Shown here: positions 52,900 through 64,000 of the stretch, one piece after another
How positions within the stretch are numbered: the stretch's first letter is position 1
How the letters are laid out: the number at the start of each line of letters is the position of its first letter
From: Callorhinchus milii
Lineage: Eukaryota
Assembly: GCF_018977255.1 (NCBI RefSeq)
Contig: NW_024704742.1
Coordinates: 80,602,001 to 80,666,000, forward strand
Length of the DNA stretch: 64,000 nucleotides
Reading direction: 5' to 3'
Notes under the pieces: generated by a model
Database searches by the model: none
Seen by the model: only the letters and a program-made list of their open reading frames with translations
Told to the model about the DNA's origin: nothing
Position numbers and translations under genes: made by a program

Positions 52900-53290
52900 C
52901 CAACAACAAAAACTTGCATTTATATAATGACGCTCATGCAGGGTAGCGGCCCAGAGCACTGGACAGTGGCAGAGCATGATGAAAAGCCAGGGAGAAGGGG
53001 TAGGTGATCGAGGGCAAGGTCGAAGAGGAAGGTCTTCAGATGTGAACTGAAGATGGGGAAGCATAGGGCAAGGAAGAATGGGGCAGAGTACCAGAGGTTT
53101 GGGGTGTAGTAGCTGAAAGCGCAGCTACCAATGGTGGAACAGAGGGTATGAGGCACAAGCAAGAGGCCGGAGCCAGTCGAGTGGAGGCAATGGGTATTGG
53201 GTTGGGCAGTAAGCGGGTTGGAAAGGTAACTAGATGCCAGGGCCGGAGAGGATTTGAAGACCAATGTGAGGATCTTAAAATCGCTCCATT
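52900..53290 (-). mobile_element. Old L2 3' fragment
   Basis: IGSCAFSYYTPNLWY, HLKTFLFD; tail. Confidence 0.78.
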
Positions 53291-53811
53291 CAATGATAGG
53301 GAGCCAAGATCATAATAGAATGTTGCAGCACAGAAACAGGCCATTCAGCCCATCCCGTCTGCACTGGTGTTATTTTCCGTATGATCTAATCCCATTTCCG
53401 TGCTTGCTCTCACATACCTGCTAAGATAATCTTTTTACAACCAGCTGTGGAATTCCCTATGGAAATAATATATAAACATTGATTAAATTAGAGTTTCTGG
53501 CATAAATTTCCAGCCACCCTCTGTGTAATTTTATTTATAAGCTTGCCTTTTAATTCCTTTTGTGAATATTTTAAAATGGTAGATACGAATCAGATACGAA
53601 TCAGAAAAGTTTGTGCAAAATGAAGTGTGGTGTGATATTTGACCTATTCACAATCCACATTCCCCCCTTCCCCTGGTCAGTTTGGCTGGAGTGAAGTTCA
53701 GAAGCTGACAGAAAGTTTTGTTACATTTCTAGACAGGCGCCAAGCTCAGATTTCTCGGTTCACATTGGAACATTTGGCATAAAATTCCACCTGAGTCTAG
53801 AATTACTCGGT

Positions 53812-54209
53812 AAGGTTGTGGGTTCAAGCCCCACATAGCAAAGGGTATGGGGAAGCTCACAGTCGAGGCTGACATTCCAAAGTATTGCTGCTGGTGCACT
53901 GCATTGTGAGGGGTGCTGTCCTTCAGATGAGATGTTAAACTGAGATCCCCTCTACCAGTTCAGAAGAACATTAAAGATCCCATGGCACTATTCGAAAAGA
54001 GACGAGGGTTTCACCCAATAAACTGGGCAAGAATACCCAAATAAAATTGGTCATTCACTTTAAGGCCCTTCATGGCTGTTTGTAGGACATTGCTATGCAC
54101 AAATTGGCTGCCATGTTCATCTACAGATACAGTCAACTCCTGTGAAGCGCTTTGAGACGTCTCAATGACATGATAAGGTGCTATATCAGATGCAAGGATG
54201 ATTATTATT
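53812..54209 (+). mobile_element. Old SacSINE1-type SINE, near full length
   Basis: AAGGTTGTGGGTTCAAGCCCCAC, CAGATGAGATGTTAAAC, TTAAAGATCCCATGGCACTATTCG, tail. Confidence 0.85.
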
Positions 54210-54433
54210 TTTGCATTTCAGAGTGTGCAGAATTTGAATACGATTTTTTTACTCTGAAGCTTGTTTTCTGCAGTTCAAATAATCTTATGGCTTAAGACGC
54301 CGTGAAGTGTTACTTTAATAGAGTAAATTTATATGCTGGTGGAATTTCTATCCAATTATATGTTATCCCTTTTTTGCTGCTCAACAAGCACTTCTGGAAA
54401 AAATGTGCTGTAACTTGAAACATAGTGAAACAT

Positions 54434-55065
54434 AACAACAACAACAACAAGATTTCATTTATAGAGCGCCTTTCACGTCGGGAGGACGTCCCAAGGCACT
54501 GGACAGTTGGATCAGGACCCGAGCAGGGGGGAAATGGTCAGGGTGAGAGGAGGGAAGGGAGGGAGCGAGGAGGGGTTAGAGAGTCGAGAGGGGAGCTGAA
54601 GGCACGGTCAAAGAGAAAGGTCTTGAGACCGGCCTTGAAGGAGGAAAGGGAGGAAGCAAGGCGAAGGGACTGGGGGATGGAGTTCCAGAGCCTCGGGGCT
54701 GAGAGGCTCAAGGGGGATGGGAAGCCAGTGGAGGCGAGCGAGGGTGGGAGTGATGTGGTCCCGAAGCCTGGTGCGAGACAGTACACGAGTTGCAGAGTTC
54801 TGAATGACCTGCTGCTTGTGGAGGGAGGTGCCGGGAAGGCCGGCGAGGAGAGAGTTCCCATAGTCCAGCCTTGAGGTGATAAAGGCGTGGACCAGAATTT
54901 CAGCAGCGTGAGGGGTGAGGTAGTGCCGTAGTCTGGCGATGTTTCGGAGGTGATGGAAGGCGGTGCCAGTTGTGGTGCGGATATGAGGAAGAAAGGACAG
55001 CTCAGGGTTGAACAGAAAGCCAAGGTTCCTGACTGGCTTTGAGAGATGGAGAGTTCAGCCTTGGA
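54434..55065 (-). mobile_element. Young L2 3' fragment with internal deletion
   Basis: Near-identical to 63035-63679, but LHWLP is fused directly to [11 protein letters not shown]. Confidence 0.9.
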
Positions 55066-55074
55066 AGCCTGGGA

Positions 55075-55443
55075 TAATAATAATCCTTGTATTTGACATA
55101 GTGCCTTATCACGCCATCAAGATGTCTCAAAGTGCTTCACAGAATATACTATAAAGTGAATTGTCTGTATATTTTGTGGACGAAATGCAGCTGCCAATTG
55201 CGCACAGCAGTGTCCCACAAACAGTTGTGGATTGAAGTGAATCAATTTATTATTTCTTTGAAAGAATTATTACCCGTGGAAAAGCAATCCGCCAATCGAC
55301 TAACAACTGGGTTCTTACTGACTGCTAGGTAAACAGTGACATGTGGAATTAGGAAACTTCCCCACCATTTCGCCCTGCCAGGAATCGAACCCAAGTCTCT
55401 TGCTTATGAGGCGAGTGCTATGATCACTGAGCTACACGACTCC
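55075..55443 (-). mobile_element. Young tRNA-Ala SINE, full-length long subfamily
   Basis: GGAATCGAACCC (reverse B box), long internal segment, tail. Confidence 0.9.
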
Positions 55444-57239
55444 TTGGACATGCCAGATTTCAAGAAGATGCTTTAACTTGCTTCAAGTACAAATTAAGAG
55501 CTGAGGGGAGAAATTTGTCCTCTATATTGTTGCTCCTTTCCTTTATTTCGTAATGGCCTGGAGTGAAAACATAATAGTAGCAGTTTGTTTTACTCAAACT
55601 TTACCTATTTATCTCAATCAGTTATCAGTTATATCCTGATAAAACACCTATACCATAAATCCTGTGAAGCACATTGAGACATTCTCCTGACATGAAAGGC
55701 ACTATATGAAATGCAAGTATTATTATTATTTATAATAAGCCAATATGAAAAAAAATGCAAATATCTGAAACAAAAGCAGTAGACATTGGCAATCCATTGC
55801 AGGTCAATCAGTGTAGAAAATAGAAAGATTGGTTGAAAGCTCACCCAGCTATTCATATCCTTACCCACACTAAGCTTCACTTGCCCTTCACCCCAACCTC
55901 ACCAGTCTCCATTGGCTTCCTGTAGCTCAGTGGATCGATTACAAAATCCTCATTCTCACCTACTATCCCTATTTACCTTTGCCATTCAATATAGCTATAA
56001 TCTTCTACAGCCTCTTCCTCCTGCCCACCCTAATGCTTAACAAACTTGGATCTGCTGCGTGTTCTTCCCCTTTTCCACCCAGCTGTGCCGCTACTCTCTG
56101 GAACTCCCTCCTTAAATCCCAATCACCATCTTTCTTTAAAAGGCTCCTGAAAACTTTCCTCTTTGACTAAATCTATGGTCATCTTTCTCATCCCCCCAAC
56201 AACCCCAACTCGGGGTCTGACATTTTTTCCTAAGTGTAACACTGTTAACAGCAGAATTACCAGAGTCTTATTGATTTACAAAAACTAAAAGCTGCTTGTA
56301 TGTGTCCCTCAATTTTAATACAAGTGGAATGACAATTCCATATCTGTGCAGTTAATTTGTAGAAGGTTGGCAGTCATTAGTATAAATTCTTTGATCCGGT
56401 TTGAATTCATCATTAATTGAACCATATCACATGCATTGCCTTATTATACATTATATATCTATATACACATATCTATATATATTACAGTAGCATTTGTGAG
56501 TACAAATTTCTCACCATTTGCAAAATTAATTATGGAGTTTGTTACCATCAGTATTGATAATTACTTGCTTATGTAACCATTCTGCAGGGAGCAAAACTCA
56601 TTTAAACTTTTAAGTAATACAAGATGCTACTATTTAATTCTCCCTTAAGATATTCTGTTCAAGATTACTGAATTGAGGAAGGCACCACCAACACAGAGTA
56701 CAAATCACTTGGTTTATCTCTTAATTTGCACTGGCAGCGAGTTAAAGCTTTCCCTTTAGACTTTTCAGCTATGCAGGGACTCTTGTATGTTGCTGCTCTG
56801 ATCTTCTCAGCTGTCATTCTTGCAGAAGCATTTGTTGAGCAAGAAAGAGAGCAGTAACAATATTTAAACCGGGCTAGTCCTAAGGGGGCATGTTGAACGT
56901 CCCATGTCAGGAAACGCTTGAAGTAAAGATTTAATGACCCTCTGCTCCAGGCTCTGTATTAATAGACTGTTCACGTCTGACCATCGGAGGCGTGAGGCTC
57001 ATGCTGCTTATGCTCCAGGGTGAAGTTCATCTCTACACAAGGTCAGATAACAATCACGCTGATGATCTTTATTTGTACTGTCATATGTAACTGAATCACT
57101 ATGTTCAACAGAAAGTGAAAAAAACACTATGCATTTTTCTGTTGAGAGAACATTGCAGATAACACAAAACACGTCTGAGTTCTCTGCCTGCAGTTCATGG
57201 TATGGAATACTCCTTTTGTACGACAATGTAATAATATTG

Positions 57240-57962
57240 AATTATTGAAAACATTTGATACAGTGCCTTTCATTTCGACAAGACGACTTAATATATTGTA
57301 AAAGATATACTGCAAAGTTCAGTGACTGTGTATTCGTAGGTGAACATGGTATCCCATTTGCGCTCAGCAATGTCCCACAAACAGCCATGAGGTGAATGAT
57401 TTGAGAGATTGGAGTCCTGTAGCTCATTGGTTAGAGCGCTCACCTCGCAAGCGAGAAACCTGTGTCCAATTCCCACCAGGGTGAAATGTTGAACAAGTTT
57501 CCTTACTCCACATGCCTCTCTCTGTTCACCCAGCAGTAAGTAGGAACCCAGTTGTTAGTCGATTGGCGAATCACTTTTTAGGGGGTAATAATTCCTGCAA
57601 AAAAAAGTATGCCTACAAAATATACAATCAATTCCCTTTACAATATATTCTGTGTAGCTCTTTGAGATGTCTCAAAGACATGATAAAGCACTATATCAAA
57701 TGCAAGGATTATTATTATATTGTTTGGCCAGGGCACTGGAAGAAACTCTTTATTTGAATAGTGCCATGGGATCTTTAAAGTCCACTTGAACAGGTAGACA
57801 GGAGCTCAGACTAGATGTGTAATCCGAAGGACGGCATCTCCAACAAAGCAGCAATCCCCAGTACTGCATTGGAATGTCCGTCTAGACTACATGAGCTCCA
57901 AATCCCAACATGGGGCTTGAACCCACAATCTTATGACTCAGAGGCAACAGTGCTATCAAATG
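57240..57962 (-). mobile_element. Old SacSINE1-type SINE split by a younger antisense SINE
   Basis: 3' part at 57240-57410 and 5' part at 57720-57962 are colinear once the insert is removed. Confidence 0.75.
57411..57717 (+). mobile_element. Young tRNA-Ala SINE, long subfamily, internal deletion
   Basis: GGAGTCCTGTAGCTCATTGGTTAGAGCGC head, long segment, tail. Confidence 0.88.
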
Positions 57963-58811
57963 TCATAATGGGAGAGGCGGGAGAGAAAATGTTACATGTG
58001 ATGTCATAATTATTACAAAGACAAAAATGTGTATTTTTATGTTCTTTACCAAATAACAGGCTTGGGCCTGAACCCAAACTGGCTGCCGCATTTGCCTACA
58101 AACTACACAGGGAGTGAAATGATTAAAGGATAAACCCAAACATAATTTTTTCCCAATTATAAATAGTAATAATCTTTTCACTCCCTGTGTATTTTGTAGG
58201 CAAATGCAGCAGCCAGTTTGCACACAGCTATCCATAGAATATCCAGTATGTCCCACAAATAGCCAAGCATCTAGAGAAATATCTCTCTCTGTAGCCATTT
58301 TGATTTGATTTGCCACCATCTTTGTTTTTAATATAGTGAGTATTTTTATGATTTAAAAAAAGAGCTGTACTGCCCTGTGAGTCAAGATTTCCCTGACCGA
58401 TTCTGACAGGCTGGAGTGTGAAAGCATTCTTCACAAGAAAGTGTTCAGTCGCAAATCTGTCGGTAAGGACATTGCATTAAACAACTGCATTTTATCTCCT
58501 TGTGATAAATAGCACCAGCGGTCACATGTATTGTGAGTCAAGTAGATATAGGGAAAATACTGCTGTTGCTTTCAAAGAAATATGTTATTTTCTCTGAGTT
58601 TTAAAGAACAATAATCTTTTAACTACCTGTATATTTTGTAGGAAAATGTGGCAGCTAGTTTGCACACAGTGATCCATAGAATATCCAGTATGTCCCACAA
58701 ATAACAATGAAGTAAAAGAGCATTTTTTTTATCTGGGGGTACTGTTGGCCAGGTCACTGTGAGAAATTTTTCGAGTTGTCCACCTGAAAAAGCATAGGCG
58801 GAACTTTGGTT

Positions 58812-59042
58812 TTAATAATAATAATCCTTGCATTTGATATAGCGCTTTTCACGTCGGGAGGACGTCCCAAAGCGCTTCACAGAACACACTGTAAAGTGAA
58901 TTGACTGTATATTTGTGGGCGAACGCGGCAGCCAATTGTGCACAGCAATGTCCCACAAACAGTCGTAGATTGAAAATGACCAATTTAATTATTGTTTTTT
59001 TTTTGGAGGGATTATTATTAGGCGTGTGGAGTAAGGAAACTT
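58812..59042 (-). mobile_element. Young SINE, short subfamily, 5'-truncated
   Basis: Near-identical reverse copy of 30105-30342 with CpGs retained. Confidence 0.92.
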
Positions 59043-61123
59043 GTTTTATATCTTATTCGAAGGATGGTATCTCCAACAATTCAACAACCCCCCACCCACG
59101 CCACCCCACACACACATCCCCCACACAGACTACTGGCACCTTAAGCTTTGTTTACCAAATGCAAGGATTATTATTATTGCTTTGCGATGTTAATGTGAAA
59201 AGCATCTAATAAATGGAAATTATTGTCCTGTTAATATTATCACAGACGATCTCTCGCCCCTGATGCAGCTTCTTGTCCTTGGGATATATGAACCGATATT
59301 CTATCATTTATTTGACAAGTAGCTGTCAAATCCTCTCTAAATAGAAAAATATTAGAGCTTGATCATTTTGCTGTTAGTAAATGTAACCGCCTCCCAACTG
59401 GAACTTCCTGACAGAGCTAGATTTTGTAGAATTTTGGAACTTCTGAAATTCAATCTTAAGCTGGGAATCTGTTTTCTACCAATCGAGTGGTCTATATCTG
59501 AGACTTTAGGCCTGATTAATAAAAGGTTAGTTTATACCAGGAAGAACATCAATCTCACCCTTTCTCAGCCGATCAAATTTAGAAAATAAATTTAAATCCA
59601 AAAATACCTTTAGAAAGAACTCTAAGGCCTACACTTGAAACAAAAACATACATTCCTTCAGTGTCTCCACCTCACCTTTCATTATCTACCTTTAAGTCCC
59701 AGTTTAAGACTTACCTCTTCGATTACGTCTATAGTCATTTCCCCCTCCCCCTTTTCTTTTGTTCTGTGTCCAACACAGCAAATGTGTACTGCTCCAAAAT
59801 GCTACCTGCAGGAAGGGTGCTATATATGTGCAAGATGGTGGGGATATTGACCTAGTGGTCATTTGCAGTGACGTAAATTAACATGAGTAATTATGCTTTA
59901 AACATCACAAAGTTTACTCAGTTGGGGTGCTTAATCGCAGAGGGTCTACTCAGAGAGCTATCAGAATGCAGAATTAATAGATTTTTGAATGGATGCAAAA
60001 TTAGAGTTTGCTCAATTAAGAGAATCTCAAAATAGTGGGATGAATTTCTGACTTGGAGCAATAGCACAACTGCTGGGTATAGCAATGTGAGTATATTTTA
60101 AGCTAAGATTAAAAAAACGCAGGGTTCCCTTAAAACTTCATCAACAATACAATCCCTGTGGCGTTGATTCATAAGTGCTCTAGAGAGAATGACAAGAATT
60201 ACATTAACTGATTATAAACAGCTCCTTGTCCATATCAATTATTGAGTCCCGCTGGGGAAATGAAGATATCATAATCCATCAAATAAGGTATCTGAGATTC
60301 TTTCTACTTAAATGTTGCACTTTAGTTGTTATTATACTAATCCTTGCATTTGATGTAGCACCTTCTACATCAGGAAGACGTCTCATAGAATTCGCAGAAT
60401 TTACACTGAAGTAAAGTCATGAATGTGTATTTTGTAAGTGAATACAGCAGCCAATTTGCACACAACGATGTCCCACAAACAACCATGAAATTAATCTCTA
60501 ATTTTATTTGGGGGACTGTTGGCCATCAGTTTAGATCAGAGATTTTCAATTAGTAGGTGTGTGAGCTTGAAACTGACTCATCCTCCAAAAGACCACAGAT
60601 ATTCAAAATTCTCTTTGATTATACACCGAGAGAATAGTCAGAAATAACCCAGTTTGAAAGGCTTAAATAAAGCAAACAGAAGAATCTATATCATTATAAT
60701 ACAATTACACTAATAAAGTATTTTTGAAAGAATGAAAAGTACAAGTGTAAAGATTAATAAACTGCAGAAGATACCTTGAAAGCTTTTACAAAAGCCTAAA
60801 CAACTATTTCACAGACATCAAAACAGATTCAGATAAAGATAATATACATAGATTGTTGCTGTGTGGGGATTTACACAAAATTCTCTCTGTGTCCTTTTCT
60901 CCTCCCGTACCTCTTCCATTTCCTTTCATTTCCTTTATTCTCCACTTTCATTCTTATGTTTTGTTATTCTTCGGTTACCTGACCTGGCATAATCGTATCA
61001 TGCTTGAGCTACAAAAAATAACGATTAGATCACAATGTTACTTTACCTCGTTATATTGGCTTTTCCTTATGTGAATAAACCCAACCCTCTGAGAGCCGCA
61101 ACTAAATAAAATCGACTTTGATT

Positions 61124-61420
61124 CAACAACAACAACAACTTGCAATTATATAGAGCCCTCCACGCTGGACGGAGTCTCGGAGTGCTTCACAGTAACGGAT
61201 CCTGGGGCCGAGCCAGGGGGAGGGGCAGGAAGATGACCAAAGGCGCAGTCGAAAAGAAAGGTCTTCAGCAGAGACCTGAAAATAGGAAGAGAGGGAGTGA
61301 GGTAGGGAGTTCCAGAGCCTTGGGGCATAGTGGCTGAAGGCACGGCCGCCGAGGGTGGAGCGGAGGACTTGGGGGACAAAGAGGAGACCTTCCATCAGAT
61401 TCTGATGGAAAGGGAGAGTA
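61124..61420 (-). mobile_element. L2 3' fragment
   Basis: STLGGRAFSHYAPRLWNSLP, LKTFLFD, (TTG)n tail. Confidence 0.85.
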
Positions 61421-63034
61421 CTGACCCCATGATATACTCTTTGTGCATGTGTTGAATATAAAAGAGATCTGTTCAGCCTGATAGAACAGTTTTGGCTGCA
61501 GATATACAGAGTGGATACCAGTCAGTTAATTTCACCACAGCCCATCCCTATTATAATCCTAAATCTAGTAAATAATTTTTAATGCACAGTGTTATCATAT
61601 TTGTCAAAAGAAAGGGGGAAAGTATCTCCCACTGACTAATTAGAATGTTTTTTCCTTACAGAGTTTGGACATTCTAAAATGTAATGCTGTCAAATTCTTT
61701 CAGACCAATTGGAACATGTTGCTTGTTATATCGCTGTATGAATAATAGCTGCCATCAATTTAGGGGTTTGTACTTTGTACATTTTCCCTCAGAAACCAGA
61801 ATTGGTTGTAACGAACCCGGCAGTTATGAGGGATATTAGTAATGTCTGGAACACCCTCTTGTGGTGGTTGAGCCCAGGGACCAGTTAGGTTTTGTACATG
61901 CTCATTTGGGTTCATCTTACAGGAAGTCAAGTGGAAACCCTTAAAGCTTGTTTTGGCTGAAGTAAAATACCGAATAAAAACTTATACGTGTACTCAGTGT
62001 GTGAATCAATGCCTTATCGTCTTACTCAGGAAAACGTTATATGGGGCCAATTGCTTAACCTGGACTTTGCAATGAGTGACCAGTGCTGCACTCAGATCCC
62101 TCATTGCTCTACGTGAACCAGATTCATAACTGGCAGAACACAAATTTTGCAAATAATTAGTTATATCAACAAACTGAAATCAGGAAAATAAAGTGCACAG
62201 TAAGATTTTCTAATCCAATTATATCACTTGAGTGTAGAAAACATTGTAATTTTGGAGGTGCCATCTTTCTGTTTACTGTTGAACCAAGACCCCTTTCCAG
62301 GCAGATATTAAAAGATTCTGCAGCACTACTCAAAAAGAAATGTGAGTTTTTCCCAGTGCCCTGGCCAACAATCCTCCAAAACAAAATTGGTCACTCATTT
62401 CATGGCTGTTGATGGGACATTGCTTCTTTGCCTGCAGTACAATCACAACACTTTGCAGTGAATGCTATAAAGTATTTGAGATGTCCTTCTGACATGAAAG
62501 ATACTATAATGAAATGTAAAGATTATTAATATTTATGAGAGTTCATCAATCATTCAGTCCCCTTTGCTTTCTTAATCAAGATCAAATCAGAATTAAGACA
62601 TCATTTAGAAAATTAGTAGTGAAACAAAGGTACTCCCATTCCAGCATACCCATATACAAGTAGAGAGAACCACCACTTTTCTCAAATGGCACTTTAACAG
62701 CAACCAGAAGAGGGAATCTTAGCTATTTTCCCCCTCCCAAGCCCAATCACCCGGAGGTCAACTATAATGCTTTAACTGCTGACTCAACTGAAAACATCTA
62801 ATTCAGCGCACATCAAGAATTGTACCTAAGACTTTTAGGTGAGAGCAATCAATCAGTTCTTGACATGTGTTTTTCCTACAGTTCCGTCAAGCTCGCTATG
62901 AAGTGAAACACAGGAAAAAACCCAGTTGACAAAAGTAAATACAATGGATACGTCTTATTCTTTGGTGTCCTGGCACAAATTTGTTTGCTAACCTCATGGT
63001 ACATTGTTATTTTGCTTGTTGTTGCTTCTGTCCA

Positions 63035-63679
63035 ACCCTGCTGAAACTCTGGTCCACGCCTTTATCACCTCAAGGCAGGACTATGGGAACTCTCTCCTCG
63101 CCGGCCTTCCCGGCACCTCCCTCCACAAGCTGCAGGTCATTCAGAACTCTGCAGCTCGTGTACTGTCCCGCACCAGGCTTCGGGACCACATCACTCCCAC
63201 CCTCGCTCGCCTCCACTGGCTCCCGATACCCCAGACGATCGAATTCAAGATCCTCATACTCACCTACAAGGCCATTCATGGCCTTGCTCCCTCCTACCTC
63301 TCCGACCTACTATCCCCCTACCTACCTGCCCGTTACCCTCCGTTCCTCTGGCTCCGGTCTGCTCCACATCCCCCGCCCCAACCGCCCTACCTTCGGTGGT
63401 CGGGCCTTGAGCCTCTCAGCCCCGAGGCTCTGGAACTCTATCCCCGAGTGCCTTCGCCGCCTCCTCCCTTTCCTCCTTCAAGGCCGGTCTCAAGACCTTT
63501 CTCTTTGACCGTGCTTTCAGCTCCCCTCTCGACTCTCTACCCCCTCCTCGCTCCCTCCCTTCCCTCCCCTCACCCTGACCATTTACCCCCTGCTCAGGTC
63601 CCGACCCAACTGTCCAGCACCTTGGGACGTCCTCCCGACATGAAAGGCGCTCTATAAATGAAATCTTGTTGTTGTTGTT
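63035..63679 (+). mobile_element. Young L2 3' fragment
   Basis: [53 protein letters not shown]; stem-loop plus (TTG)n. Confidence 0.93.
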
Positions 63680-64000
63680 TTTATTTATCCTTGTTTAATA
63701 TAAACATTATAAAAAGATAACTTTTTAGTGAGCACAAAATGACACATAGATCTATATATGTCATGCAATAATATGGTCTAATTATTTTAATTTTGGGCTA
63801 CATTTGTCAAATACTTTGTTATATTTAGTAGTAGAAGCAAGTGGCTAAAATAATGACAACCGGATTGCTGAGTATTCTTTAGATTTGAAATATCTCATAT
63901 CCTTATTAGCCTTAGGACAATTGTCTTAAAATTTAAGACTGTAGAACATTTTCAAAAATTCAATTCAGGCTTATCTTGGATGTAAATTCCACCTCCCCCA

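Overview
Repeat-dense, AT-rich vertebrate DNA that looks intronic or intergenic. I could not identify any host protein-coding exon, true RNA gene or CRISPR array. The repeat mix points to a cartilaginous fish, possibly a chimaera such as Callorhinchus (inference from recalled repeat families, not from a search). The mix is L2-clade LINEs with (TTG)n tails, CR1 fragments, a young tRNA-Ala-headed SINE with an L2-like tail and an older SacSINE1/Deu-type SINE. The longest ORFs are broken L2 ORF2 pieces, and most others are SINE read-through or chance. Best-supported unusual items: a non-autonomous Helitron with both termini inside a CR1 (34262-35039); a long-TIR element with a 10-bp target duplication (49350-49758); a solo LTR (40935-41830); a Tigger/pogo transposase fragment nested in an L2 endonuclease; and SINE subfamilies whose 3' stem-loop converges on the L2 tail. 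There are also local inverted duplications, an unnamed three-copy repeat and several weak exon or enhancer candidates. All coordinates were read by eye, so repeat boundaries are approximate.
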